This document shows, piece after piece, positions 35,199 to 45,451 of a stretch of DNA of 63,953 bases; positions within the stretch are counted from its first letter, which is position 1; each line of letters opens with the position of its first letter. The stretch is taken from contig JANYDQ010000024.1 in the NCBI GenBank assembly GCA_025363555.1, positions 1 to 63,953 of the forward strand, in the 5' to 3' direction. The stretch is from Bacteroidota bacterium (GTDB lineage Bacteria; Bacteroidota; Bacteroidia; 2-12-FULL-35-15). The notes beneath the pieces are model-generated. The model saw only the letters and a program-made list of their open reading frames with translations. It ran no database searches and was not told the DNA's origin. Position numbers and translations under genes: made by a program.

Positions 35199-35966
35199 TT
35201 ATAATTTTTTTGCTTCATTCCAATACACATCCATTTCTGCCAGTGTCATTTCACTTAATTGTTTTCCTGCTTTAGCAGCACCTGCTTCCAGGTATTGAAA
35301 CCGTTTGATAAATTTTTTATTTGTTTTTTCCAATGCATCTTCCGGACTGATATTTACAAAACGGGCATAGTTAATCAATGAAAATAAAACGTCACCAAAT
35401 TCATCTTCTATCTTTTCTAAAGGAGCCCCACTATCTACTTCATGTTTTAATTCATTAATCTCTTCCTGGACCTTTTCCCATACCTGTCCTGGGTTTTCCC
35501 AGTCAAAACCCACAGCGCGTGCTTTTTCCTGTATGCGTGATGCTTTTATTAAAGAAGGCAAAGACACAGGAACACCGCCCAATACTGATTTGTTTCCTTC
35601 TTTTAACTTTAATTTTTCCCAGTTTTGTTTTACCTCTTCCTCGTTCGCTACTTTCACATCACCATAAATATGAGGATGACGATGAATTAATTTTTCGCAA
35701 AGCGAATTAATAACATCTGTGATGGTAAACTCATTGGTTTCGGAAGCAATACGGGCATAAAAAACAATGTGCAATAGAATGTCGCCCAGCTCTTTTTTAA
35801 TACCCATCATGTCTTTTTCAATGATGGCATCTGCCAGCTCGTAAGTTTCTTCGATAGTTAAATGTCTCAAACTTTCAATAGTTTGTTTTTTATCCCAGGG
35901 GCATTGCTCTCGCAGTTCGTCCATTATAATAAGTAATCGTTCAAATGCTTTTAATTTTTCTTCCAT
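35199..35966 (-). CDS. mazG: nucleoside triphosphate pyrophosphohydrolase MazG
   Basis: CPWDKKQT, EETYELADAI, ELGDILLHIVFYA, and the second MazG repeat EEINELK...EFGDVLFSLINYA. Confidence 0.9.
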   Translation of the reverse strand: MEEKLKAFERLLIIMDELREQCPWDKKQTIESLRHLTIEETYELADAIIEKDMMGIKKELGDILLHIVFYARIASETNEFTITDVINSLCEKLIHRHPHIYGDVKVANEEEVKQNWEKLKLKEGNKSVLGGVPVSLPSLIKASRIQEKARAVGFDWENPGQVWEKVQEEINELKHEVDSGAPLEKIEDEFGDVLFSLINYARFVNISPEDALEKTNKKFIKRFQYLEAGAAKAGKQLSEMTLAEMDVYWNEAKKL

Positions 35967-36084
35967 TGGTTATATTTTTGAATTGCAAATTTAATGCTAT
36001 TGAGTTTATAACAACTATCGTGGAAGCCAATAATTTTAATAATTTTGTGTGCTTTTAAAAAAAGCAAACCTTCAATCTGTTTTA

Positions 36085-37182
36085 ATGCAAAATATTCGAA
36101 TCCATTTTAAGTTACTTATTTTCTTTTTTGTTCCTGTTTTACTTCAGGCACAAGATTCACAAACCCATGATTTCATAGTTTCAGCCCAGGGGCACACAGG
36201 TTATATTATTGCTCACCATAGCAATATGTCACAGTTAATTAAAGGACATCTTTTCGGGGGCGAATTAAACTATGTTTTCAGAACTGATGGCAGCAAGCCC
36301 TGGCAGCAAATTCATAAATATCCTGAAATAGGAATGTGTGTACTGCACATGGATTTGGCAAACCCTCGGCAATTAGGAACTTTAGAAGCGTTGTATCCTT
36401 ATACTAATATTCGTTTGAATAAATTAAATAAAAAAACGAGCGTGAACCTTCGGTTAGGTTTGGGTTTGGGTTATATTACCAAGCCATTCGACAGATTAAC
36501 CAATCATCAAAACAACGCGATAGGCTCTCACTTAAACGGTTTTGTAAATTTGCGACTTAACATTGCAAGAATGCTTTCTAAATCCTGGCGATTGGATGCG
36601 GGTGTGGGGTTAAGTCATGCTTCCAATGGTGCTATTACAACTCCCAACCTGGGACTAAACATGGCTAGTATTAATGTGGGAATAGGTTATGTGTTCGGAA
36701 ATAAAAGCCTGGAATTGAAAAAAGATTCGATTGCAAAAGCAAAAAAAGAATGGCATCCTTCTATCATTGCTGTGGCAGGAATAAAGGAAATGATGCCTCC
36801 GGGAACACAACGCTACATGGCTTATGGCTTGATGGTAAATTTTTATCACAACTCGAATTATAAAAACAAAGTGGGTGGTGGTTTGGAAGTGTCGTATAAT
36901 AATTCGTTAAAAAAATTACTGGGAGATGATTCATTAAGTTTTTCAAATTCCAATTTGCTTCGTGCGGGAATAAAATTTTGTTACTCGTTTAATATGCACC
37001 GCGTGTCTCTTCCTATTGATTTTGGTGTTTACTTTTATGATAACAGAAATTATGACGGAAGATTTTTTCATCGTATCGGAATAAGATACATGGTTACCAA
37101 ACACATCATAGCAAACGTTACTTTAATTACCCATTGGGCGGTAGCCGATTATTTTGAATGGGGATTAGGATACCAGTTTTAA
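36085..37182 (+). CDS. acyloxyacyl hydrolase / PagL-like lipid A deacylase family outer-membrane protein
   Basis: Signal peptide LLIFFFVPVLLQAQ and beta-barrel pattern. HxSNG motif in GVGLSHASNGAITTPNLGLN. The ORF-track start at 36049 is GTG; the ATG at 36085 is preferred. Confidence 0.55.
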   Translation: MQNIRIHFKLLIFFFVPVLLQAQDSQTHDFIVSAQGHTGYIIAHHSNMSQLIKGHLFGGELNYVFRTDGSKPWQQIHKYPEIGMCVLHMDLANPRQLGTLEALYPYTNIRLNKLNKKTSVNLRLGLGLGYITKPFDRLTNHQNNAIGSHLNGFVNLRLNIARMLSKSWRLDAGVGLSHASNGAITTPNLGLNMASINVGIGYVFGNKSLELKKDSIAKAKKEWHPSIIAVAGIKEMMPPGTQRYMAYGLMVNFYHNSNYKNKVGGGLEVSYNNSLKKLLGDDSLSFSNSNLLRAGIKFCYSFNMHRVSLPIDFGVYFYDNRNYDGRFFHRIGIRYMVTKHIIANVTLITHWAVADYFEWGLGYQF

Positions 37183-37208
37183 ACAATAATACAATTTGAA
37201 ATTCGAAA

Positions 37209-37940
37209 ATGAAAAAATTAATTGCTTTTTCTTTACTTATATTTACAATGTTTTTTTCTTCCTGCAAAAAAGATAATGCCTGCGATTGTATTAAACGAAC
37301 AGGCAATATTGAAATGACGAAGCGATGGGTAAGCAACTTCGACAAAATATATGTGGAAGATAATTTAAACATTTTTATTACCCAGGACGCTACTTTTGAT
37401 GTGGAAGTGGAAGCAGGAAAAAATGTGGGCTGGTTAATAGAAACCGAAGTGTCGGGCGGTACATTAACTATTAAAAATAAAAACAGGTGTAACTGGACGC
37501 GCAGTTACAGTAAACCATTGAACGTATATATTCACATGCCTGTTATAAAATACATAACTTCTGATGGGACAGGAACTATTAAAAGTACGAATACAATAAC
37601 CACCGACAATTTTGATTTGCAAATAAAAAACTCGGGCAATATGGAATTAAGTGTAAATAATACTACCGTTACTTCTCATATTTTTGGGTACGGAGATGTA
37701 ACACTAAGCGGAACCACCCACGAACACGATGCCGATATTGGCGGGAGTTCGTTTTTAAATTGTCAGAATTTGAACACAGCTGTTACTTATGTTCATACCT
37801 TTACCACGGGGCAATGTTATGTTTACGCAACAAATTTGTTAATCTGTAACATTGGTTTAAACGGGGACGTGTATTGTTACGGGCACCCAACAACTGTCCA
37901 AAAAACAAAAACAGGTGATGGCCAACTTTATCTTGAATAA
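37209..37940 (+). CDS. lipoprotein with head GIN (DUF2807) domain
   Basis: Lipobox FFSSC. Repetitive beta-helix-like segments (FDKIYVEDNLNIFITQDATFDVEVEAGKNV..TEVSGGTLTIKNKN; GTGTIKS; GNMELSV; GDVTLSG). Confidence 0.55.
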   Translation: MKKLIAFSLLIFTMFFSSCKKDNACDCIKRTGNIEMTKRWVSNFDKIYVEDNLNIFITQDATFDVEVEAGKNVGWLIETEVSGGTLTIKNKNRCNWTRSYSKPLNVYIHMPVIKYITSDGTGTIKSTNTITTDNFDLQIKNSGNMELSVNNTTVTSHIFGYGDVTLSGTTHEHDADIGGSSFLNCQNLNTAVTYVHTFTTGQCYVYATNLLICNIGLNGDVYCYGHPTTVQKTKTGDGQLYLE

Positions 37941-37943
37941 AAA

Positions 37944-38684
37944 ATGAAAACTCCAAAAATAAGAATACATTTTATTTTCAGACTTCTCCTTTTCTGGATG
38001 TTGTATTTTGCATTATTCAGAATATCGTTTATTATTTATCACCACGCCCGTATCCTGGACGGGCAACATTCAGAAACAGGATTAAGTTTTCTGTATGGTT
38101 TACGATTAGATTTATCTGCCGCTACCGGAGCCATCATTATTCCCTTTATATTATGGGTGTTTCAGCAGTTTTATAAAAGCAGGTTAATTCATCTTATTAA
38201 CCTTGGATATAATTTTTTGCTCATTACTTTAGTTGCTGTATTGAGTGTAATTAATTTAAAGGTGTATGGCGAATGGGGCACTCTGCTTGGCACAAGAGCA
38301 TTAAAATATTTTCTTTCTCCAAAAGAAGTTCTCTCCTTTATTTCCTTCTGGTCGGTATTGCTTTTAATTGTTTCCTCGGGAGTGTTCGCCTACATGGGCA
38401 TAAAATCTTACAGAAGATACATCACTAATTTTTCTTCCCCGATTGAAAACCCGGGATTAAAATGGGCTTACATTATGCTGGTTCCTGTTTTTATTATTGT
38501 TGCATTGCGCGGAGGGCTGCAAAATATTCCGGTAAACGAAACGACTGCCGCCTATTCTGATTTCCCGATTAACAATATAATAGCTACTAACAACATTTGG
38601 TACCTGGCACATACTTTTTTAGATCCCGCAGCAGATGCTGATTTTTTTGCTCCGGAGCCTTTGATTCCTGCACCCAAGGAATAA
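37944..38684 (+). CDS. membrane protein resembling only the N-terminal transmembrane module of LTA-synthase/sulfatase-family proteins
   Basis: Five hydrophobic spans with the typical opening (RLLLFWMLYFALFRISFIIYH ... GLRLDLSAA). No sulfatase/alkaline-phosphatase domain follows, and the next gene starts at 38695 with its own signal peptide. Confidence 0.4.
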   Translation: MKTPKIRIHFIFRLLLFWMLYFALFRISFIIYHHARILDGQHSETGLSFLYGLRLDLSAATGAIIIPFILWVFQQFYKSRLIHLINLGYNFLLITLVAVLSVINLKVYGEWGTLLGTRALKYFLSPKEVLSFISFWSVLLLIVSSGVFAYMGIKSYRRYITNFSSPIENPGLKWAYIMLVPVFIIVALRGGLQNIPVNETTAAYSDFPINNIIATNNIWYLAHTFLDPAADADFFAPEPLIPAPKE

Positions 38685-38694
38685 ACACGAGCAG

Positions 38695-40032
38695 ATGATA
38701 AAAAAACAGTTTCTTCCTTATCTCTTTATTATATTCATTTTTTATTCTACTACTTCTTTTTCTCAAACTAAAAAGAAAAGAAGATGGGCAGACTTAATAG
38801 ATACTACCTCAAAGGTAAGCAGCGGGATGCTTTGCGAAGATTACATTTACAAACCATACATACGCACCGTGCAGTTGCATGACGAAAGTTTCGAACTTTC
38901 TCAACCTGTTTTAAGTCTTGGTTCAGACGAAAAATTAATATTGTCTTTCGATGATTTGGATGCGGATAATAAAAATTATATGTACACCCTCATTCATTGT
39001 ACTGCCGACTGGAAGACGGATGACTTGAGCACCGGAGAATATATAGAAGGTTTTTCGGACAATGTAATTGTTGACTATAAATATTCTTTAAACACGCTTC
39101 AAAATTTTACACATTACAGTGTAGTGTTTCCGAACGATAATATGAAAGTTACAAAATCAGGAAATTATATTTTGAAAGTTTACCAGGATGGGAAGCCGGA
39201 CAATTTGGTTTTAACAAAGCGATTGCTGGTGTTTGAGAATAAAGTAACCGTAAATGCGAGAGTAAAACCGGCAAGCATTATTGAGTACCGCACGTTTAAA
39301 CAGGAAATAGATTTTTCTGTATTTCACCAGGAATATCCAATTACGGACCCTTACCAGGATTTGAAAATTGTGATTACACAAAATAACCGGTGGGACAATG
39401 CAAAAACAAATCTGAAACCATTATTTGTGAAAGATGATGAACTGGTATATGATTATGATGATGTGAACGTGTTTGATGGAGGCAGCGAATTCAGGGTGTT
39501 CGATATAAAAAGTATTCGTTATCATTCCGAACGGATAAAAAATATTTATAAAGACACCCTTGGAAACCATGTGGAACTGCAACCTGACGAAAAACGTTCG
39601 TTTAAAAGATATTCTTCAGCTGTTGATATGAATGGAAATTACATTATCAGAATCCAGGAAGGAAACCATAGCGACATAGAAGCAGATTATTGTTACGTTA
39701 GTTTTTTTATTCCATACGATGATGCATTTTCGGCTGGAAACCTTTATGTAGCAGGGGCTTTTAACGATTGGAGATTTATGCCTGAAAACCAGATGAAATA
39801 TAATCCCAAACGATTTGGCTATGAATGCACGTTATATTTAAAACAGGGATTTTATAATTACGAATACATTTTTATACCCAAAGGGGAAACAGAAGCAGAC
39901 CAAACCTTTATTGAAGGCATGCACCAGGAAACAGAAAACGACTACACTATTTATGTCTATCATCATCAAACCGGAACTTTTTATGACCAGTTGATTGGGC
40001 TAAAGAGATTGAATTCGGTGAAAGACAGGTAA
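38695..40032 (+). CDS. DUF5103 / type IX secretion system plug-like protein
   Basis: Signal peptide. IRTVQLHDESFELSQPVLSLGSDEKLILSFDDLDADNKNYMYTLIHCTADWKTDDLSTGEYIEGF, SGNYILKVYQDG, and a C-terminal E-set/CBM48-like part (YVAGAFNDW). Confidence 0.55.
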   Translation: MIKKQFLPYLFIIFIFYSTTSFSQTKKKRRWADLIDTTSKVSSGMLCEDYIYKPYIRTVQLHDESFELSQPVLSLGSDEKLILSFDDLDADNKNYMYTLIHCTADWKTDDLSTGEYIEGFSDNVIVDYKYSLNTLQNFTHYSVVFPNDNMKVTKSGNYILKVYQDGKPDNLVLTKRLLVFENKVTVNARVKPASIIEYRTFKQEIDFSVFHQEYPITDPYQDLKIVITQNNRWDNAKTNLKPLFVKDDELVYDYDDVNVFDGGSEFRVFDIKSIRYHSERIKNIYKDTLGNHVELQPDEKRSFKRYSSAVDMNGNYIIRIQEGNHSDIEADYCYVSFFIPYDDAFSAGNLYVAGAFNDWRFMPENQMKYNPKRFGYECTLYLKQGFYNYEYIFIPKGETEADQTFIEGMHQETENDYTIYVYHHQTGTFYDQLIGLKRLNSVKDR

Positions 40033-40170
40033 GGTTATGGGGCGAATTTGCTAATAAAAAACATTTAAAAAGTCCAAAAAGGTTTCGACACCACCCATGC
40101 AGTAGATCCATACCTGGCAGTGGTAATTCTTTTTTTTAAAATACATTATTTTATTAGATAACACAACAAA

Positions 40171-40995
40171 CTATTCCTCATGAATAGTTAGCAGTGGAAT
40201 GTGCGTATGAAAAGCCATTTTCTTGGTATGGCGTTCGCTTAGCATATCCGCAAATAAAGCATGTTTTCGGGGAATCATGATTAATAAATCGGCATTTTGT
40301 TCGTCAATCACTTTATTGATGCCGTCTACCACATCACCTTCGGGTAAATGAATGGAGTGGGGGATGGTATCAAAAATTTTATCCAGCAACATTCCGCTCA
40401 CTGTTTTGTCGTAATTCAATAATTGATGAGGAGCGATAACGTTTACTATTTTCAGTTTGGATTGAAACGAGGTGCAGAGATTTTTTATTTGGGCGATGGC
40501 AGAACTGTGTTCTATCTTTTCGAAATCGGTGGCAAACACTATAGTGTGGATGGGCTGAAAACGGGCTGACAAGGGGATGACAAGGGTGGAGCAACGGAGG
40601 TGGCGAATAACTACGGTGGTACTGCTCCCGATTAACCGTTCGGAGAGTGCGCTAGCACCGGTTATTCCCATTACTATTAAATCAAAGTTTTTTTCTCTCA
40701 CCACATCTGTAAGCGATTCGAGCAAAAACCCGGGGCTTACCAGGCAATCAGTGGCGGGTGTGTAGTTACATTTGGCGGAAATTTCATCTGCTGTTTTTTT
40801 AAGCGTTGCCATGCTGTCGTTGTCCAGTTCGTCATACGAGGTAAGAACCACGGGCATGCCTGTGGCTACAACAGGCATGGGGTACACATATATAAAAGTA
40901 ACTTTAGCGCCAGTGTGTTTTGCTAATTGAACAGCATAGGTGGCTGCATTTATTGATGGTTCCGAAAAATCCGTAGCTATTAGAATATTGTTCAT
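40171..40995 (-). CDS. universal stress protein (tandem Usp domains)
   Basis: MNNILIATDFSE...A..YA, DLIVMGITGAS, a second half IVFATDF...ADLLIMIPRKH, and PLLTI. Confidence 0.8.
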   Translation of the reverse strand: MNNILIATDFSEPSINAATYAVQLAKHTGAKVTFIYVYPMPVVATGMPVVLTSYDELDNDSMATLKKTADEISAKCNYTPATDCLVSPGFLLESLTDVVREKNFDLIVMGITGASALSERLIGSSTTVVIRHLRCSTLVIPLSARFQPIHTIVFATDFEKIEHSSAIAQIKNLCTSFQSKLKIVNVIAPHQLLNYDKTVSGMLLDKIFDTIPHSIHLPEGDVVDGINKVIDEQNADLLIMIPRKHALFADMLSERHTKKMAFHTHIPLLTIHEE

Positions 40996-41170
40996 AGTAT
41001 AGGTGTTTTGATTGCGGTGATAAAAGTAATATAAAATTCTATTTTTGTCAGTAATATTATAATGATTAATTTCGCTGACTTTGAAAAAGTGAAAAGTTTT
41101 TATTTACCAAAGGTTCTACCTTTTGAAAAAGGCGAATCTTTTGTTCAAATCAGGAATCACCAATAAAACT

Positions 41171-43597
41171 ATGTGGGCAGCAATAGCACGATTTATTTTA
41201 CGTAACCGATTAATAATACTGATAGTGCTTTCGGGGATTACGGTGTTCTTCGGTTATTTTGCACATAAAGCAGAGATTAGTTACGAATCCCCCAAGTTGC
41301 TTCCCGACCACGATTCCACAGCCATAGAATACAAAGCATTTAAAAAGCGTTTCGGACAGGATGGAAGTGTAATGTTTATCGGGATAAACGATGAAGGACT
41401 TTATAAACTGGAACGATTTAATGAATGGTTTGATTTAGGCAATGCGCTAAAAAAGGTAAAAGGGGTTAAAAATGTGGCATCCATTGCCCGGCTTAGCAAT
41501 GTAATTAAAAACGATAGTTTAAGTACTTTTGAATGGAAACCATTAATTACGCATCGCCCGGTAGTGCAGGCAGAAGTGGATAGTTTGCATGATAAAGTAA
41601 TGAACCTGCCTTTTTACAGAGATTTTATTTACAACGATTCTGCCCATTCTACTCTAATGGCAATAACATTTGAAGGGAAACAGTTAAATACCAAAAACAG
41701 GTTAGAGATTGTAGATTCCATTAAAAAGCAGGTGGATAAATTTGTTGCTTTGTCTCATGCAGAAGTGCATTTTTCAGGAATGCCTTATGTGCGAACTGCC
41801 GTAGCCAGGAAAATTCAGGAAGAGATGACCTTGTTTGTAATGCTTGCCTTACTTGTTACCGGACTTATTTTATTTTTGTTTTTCAGGAGCATATTGCCCG
41901 TTGTGTTTTCGCTTGCGGTTGCATTTATCGGGGTCATCTGGTCGTTCGGATTTTTAGTTTTATTCGGGTACCAGATTTCTGTACTTACCGTATTAATCCC
42001 TCCCTTGCTTATTGTAATAGGAGTTCCCAATTGCATTATGCTGCTCAATAAATACCACAGGGAATACAACGTACACGGAAACCAGATGAAAGCATTATCC
42101 CGCTCTATCGAAAAAGTAGGGGTGTCGTTGTTCCTGGCAAATGTAACTACTGCCATTGGTTTTGCGGTATTCTGCTCCACAGACAGTAAGTTGCTTTTCG
42201 AATTCGGGTTAATTTCCTCTATCAGTGTTATTTTTACGTATGTCATTTCGATGATGATGGTGCCTATCGTATTTAGTTATTTGCCCGAACCATCCTTAAA
42301 GCATACCAAGCACCTGGAAGGGAAAGCAACCACCGGAATACTTAAAAAAGTAGATTACATTGTGCACCACCATCGCCCGGCTATTTATACCACCGTGATT
42401 ATTATTGTTGTTATTTCTCTCTATGGAATGACCAGGATATTGCCATTAGGTTATGTGGTGGATGATTTGCCAACCAAAGATCCCATTTTGGTTGATTTAA
42501 AATATTTTGAAAAAGATTATCACGGGGTATTGCCGTTTGAAATAAGTGTGGATACTAAAAAACCAAAAGGAGTAATTGCCGATGGGGGGCGAACGCTTTA
42601 TAAAATCGATCGGTTGCAAAAACTTTTTAAAAAGTATCCCGAATTCTCCCGGGCGCTTTCGGTGGTGGAAGGAATTAAATTTATGAATCAGTCATTCAAT
42701 GAGGGTAAACCCAAAGCTTACCGATTGCCGGGAGCCATAGAACTTCAAAAACTGAACGACTTTGTGGGAAGCAGTTTAAAAGGAAAAGGCAATGAACTGG
42801 AAGCGTTTATTGACAGTACCAAACAATATACCCGCATCAGTATTCAAATGAAAGATTTGGGCTCCATCAGGATGAAAGGACTTATAGACACCTTGGAGCC
42901 ACGCATTGACAGTATTTTTAATTTTGATTATGAATCCAATAAAATGCTTGCTAATTATAAGGTAGTGATTACGGGCAACAGTTTAATGTTTTTGAAAGGG
43001 AATGCTTTTTTGGTAGAAAACTTATTGGAAAGTGTGTTGCTTGCCATTATTTTAATTGCAATTGTAATGTTCACTTTATTTATGTCGCCCCGGATGGTTT
43101 TAATTTCTGTTATTCCAAGTTTGGTTCCTCTTATCATTACGGCAGGTTTAATGGGATTTTTCAACATCCATTTAAAACCATCTACTATATTAATTTTCAG
43201 CATTGCCTTCGGAATCTCATCAGATGGTACCATGTATTTCTTAACAAAATACCGCCAGGAATTAAAGAATCATCAGGGCAGTATTTCCAAAACTGTATCA
43301 TTAGCCATTCGCGAAACAGGAGTAAGCATGATATATACCGCTATCATTTTGTTTTGCGGTTTCGGAATTTTCTCTGCTTCAGGATTTGGCGGAACACAAG
43401 CCTTAGGGATTTTGATTTCTGTTACACTGTTACTAGCCTATTGTTCCAACCTGGTATTGTTACCTTGCTTTTTATTAACGCTGGAAAGGCGCTTGACCAC
43501 CAAAGCATTTTTATCGGAGCCGTTAATTGAGGTTTTTGATGAAGAAGAAGACATAGATTTGGATGAATTGAAAATTGATGACAAGTCCGGCACATAA
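41171..43597 (+). CDS. RND-superfamily / MMPL-type membrane transporter
   Basis: Two 6-TM bundles separated by large soluble loops, with SSD-like segments (VLIPPLLIVIGVPNCIMLLNKY; IAFGISSDGTMYFLTKYRQE). The ORF-track start at 41123 is TTG; the ATG at 41171 is preferred. Confidence 0.7.
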   Translation: MWAAIARFILRNRLIILIVLSGITVFFGYFAHKAEISYESPKLLPDHDSTAIEYKAFKKRFGQDGSVMFIGINDEGLYKLERFNEWFDLGNALKKVKGVKNVASIARLSNVIKNDSLSTFEWKPLITHRPVVQAEVDSLHDKVMNLPFYRDFIYNDSAHSTLMAITFEGKQLNTKNRLEIVDSIKKQVDKFVALSHAEVHFSGMPYVRTAVARKIQEEMTLFVMLALLVTGLILFLFFRSILPVVFSLAVAFIGVIWSFGFLVLFGYQISVLTVLIPPLLIVIGVPNCIMLLNKYHREYNVHGNQMKALSRSIEKVGVSLFLANVTTAIGFAVFCSTDSKLLFEFGLISSISVIFTYVISMMMVPIVFSYLPEPSLKHTKHLEGKATTGILKKVDYIVHHHRPAIYTTVIIIVVISLYGMTRILPLGYVVDDLPTKDPILVDLKYFEKDYHGVLPFEISVDTKKPKGVIADGGRTLYKIDRLQKLFKKYPEFSRALSVVEGIKFMNQSFNEGKPKAYRLPGAIELQKLNDFVGSSLKGKGNELEAFIDSTKQYTRISIQMKDLGSIRMKGLIDTLEPRIDSIFNFDYESNKMLANYKVVITGNSLMFLKGNAFLVENLLESVLLAIILIAIVMFTLFMSPRMVLISVIPSLVPLIITAGLMGFFNIHLKPSTILIFSIAFGISSDGTMYFLTKYRQELKNHQGSISKTVSLAIRETGVSMIYTAIILFCGFGIFSASGFGGTQALGILISVTLLLAYCSNLVLLPCFLLTLERRLTTKAFLSEPLIEVFDEEEDIDLDELKIDDKSGT

Positions 43598-43635
43598 TGA
43601 ATTTTATAATAACGAATAATTAACGAACCAATAAA

Positions 43636-44499
43636 ATGAAAGGAATAATTTTAGCCGGTGGTTCCGGCACTCGTTTACATCCGTTAACACTTGCTGTTAG
43701 CAAACAGTTAATGCCTGTGTACGACAAACCAATGATTTACTATCCGCTCTCTGTTTTAATGATGGCGGGTATTTCAGAGATATTAATTATTTCCACTCCT
43801 CACGATTTACCAAATTTCGAACGGTTGTTAGGAAACGGAAATTCGCTCGGATGCAGGTTCAGTTATGCTGTCCAGGAAATCCCCAACGGACTGGCACAGG
43901 CATTTGTGTTAGGAGAGAAATTTATTGGCAATGATAAAGTAGCATTAGTTCTTGGTGATAATATTTTTTATGGTGCAGGATTGGGGCGACTATTGCAGCA
44001 ACATCAAAATCCGGAAGGAGGAGTGGTTTTTGCTTATCACGTTTCCGATCCGGAGAGATATGGTGTGGTGGAATTTGATAAAAACGAAAACGCAATTTCT
44101 ATTGAAGAAAAACCTGCTCATCCCAAATCAAATTACGCGGTACCCGGATTATATTTTTACGATAACTCGGTTGTTCAGGTTGCAAAAACACTGAAACCAA
44201 GTCTGAGAGGGGAATATGAAATTACGGATGTAAACAAATACTATTTACAACAGGGAAAACTAAAAGTGGCTATTTTAGACCGCGGCACTGCATGGTTAGA
44301 CACCGGTACATTTGCATCGCTTACCCAGGCGGGGCAGTTTGTACAAGTAATAGAAGAACGCCAGGGACTAAGAATCGGATGCATTGAAGAAGTTGCCTAC
44401 AGAATGGGGTACATTAATAAAGAACAATTGCTTATACTTGCAGAGCCATTATTGAAAAGCGGCTATGGGGTATATTTGAAAAACCTGGTTAATCAATAA
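43636..44499 (+). CDS. rfbA: glucose-1-phosphate thymidylyltransferase
   Basis: [61 protein letters not shown] and GTAWLDTGT. Confidence 0.92.
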   Translation: MKGIILAGGSGTRLHPLTLAVSKQLMPVYDKPMIYYPLSVLMMAGISEILIISTPHDLPNFERLLGNGNSLGCRFSYAVQEIPNGLAQAFVLGEKFIGNDKVALVLGDNIFYGAGLGRLLQQHQNPEGGVVFAYHVSDPERYGVVEFDKNENAISIEEKPAHPKSNYAVPGLYFYDNSVVQVAKTLKPSLRGEYEITDVNKYYLQQGKLKVAILDRGTAWLDTGTFASLTQAGQFVQVIEERQGLRIGCIEEVAYRMGYINKEQLLILAEPLLKSGYGVYLKNLVNQ

Positions 44500-44515
44500 A
44501 ACAACTTAAATAATT

Positions 44516-45448
44516 ATGAAAATATTAATTACCGGAGGTGCAGGTTTTATTCCATCTTATCTGGCAGAAAAATTAGCTGAAAAGCCGGAAAACAAAATAG
44601 TAATTGTAGATAATTTTCTCACCGGCAAACCAGAGAAAATTCCGACTTCACAACACAACAACATAAAATTTATTAAATGTGATGTGAACGATTTCAAAGA
44701 TATTTCTGGCGTGTTTTATTCTTATTCCTTCGATTATGTGTTTCATTACGCAGCAATGGTGGGCGTTACCCGTACACAGGAAAACCCCGTAAGCGTGCTC
44801 GAAGATATATACGGCATCAGGAATGTGTTAAACCTTTCCAAAAACACAGGAGTGAAACGCGTTTATTTTTCTTCATCATCCGAAGTATATGGCGAGCCGG
44901 TAGAGTTTCCGCAAAACGAACACACCACCCCATTAAATTCCCGCCTGCCTTATGCCATTGTGAAAAACGTAGGCGAATCTTATTTGAAATCTTATAAGCA
45001 GGAATTTGATTTGGATTACACTATTTTCCGTTTCTTCAATACTTATGGACCAAAACAAAGCAAAGATTTTGTGGTTTCTAAATTTATTTCTTCCGCATTG
45101 TCGGGAAAAGATATTACCATTTATGGCGATGGTTCACAAACCCGCACCTTTTGCTACATCGAGGATAACATTACTGCTACTACCCATGCTTTTTATGAAA
45201 ATAAATTTGTTAACGATGTGGTAAACATAGGAGGCGACATTGAAATTTCTATTCTTGATTTAGCAAAGCTGATTATTAAATTAACCAAATCTTCTTCCGG
45301 CATAGTTCATTTACCTGCCCTGAAAGATGGTGATATGACGCGCAGAAAACCTGATGTTACAAAAATGAAACAGTTGCTTAAAAAAGAAAATATTAACCTG
45401 GAAGAAGGATTAAAAAAAGTATTACAAAACACTTCTTATATTATATAA
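44516..45448 (+). CDS. NAD-dependent epimerase/dehydratase (UDP-glucuronate decarboxylase-like SDR)
   Basis: ILITGGAGFIPSYL Rossmann motif, SSSEVYG, YAIVK (YxxxK), and GDGSQTRTFCYI. Confidence 0.7.
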   Translation: MKILITGGAGFIPSYLAEKLAEKPENKIVIVDNFLTGKPEKIPTSQHNNIKFIKCDVNDFKDISGVFYSYSFDYVFHYAAMVGVTRTQENPVSVLEDIYGIRNVLNLSKNTGVKRVYFSSSSEVYGEPVEFPQNEHTTPLNSRLPYAIVKNVGESYLKSYKQEFDLDYTIFRFFNTYGPKQSKDFVVSKFISSALSGKDITIYGDGSQTRTFCYIEDNITATTHAFYENKFVNDVVNIGGDIEISILDLAKLIIKLTKSSSGIVHLPALKDGDMTRRKPDVTKMKQLLKKENINLEEGLKKVLQNTSYII

Positions 45449-45451
45449 CCA

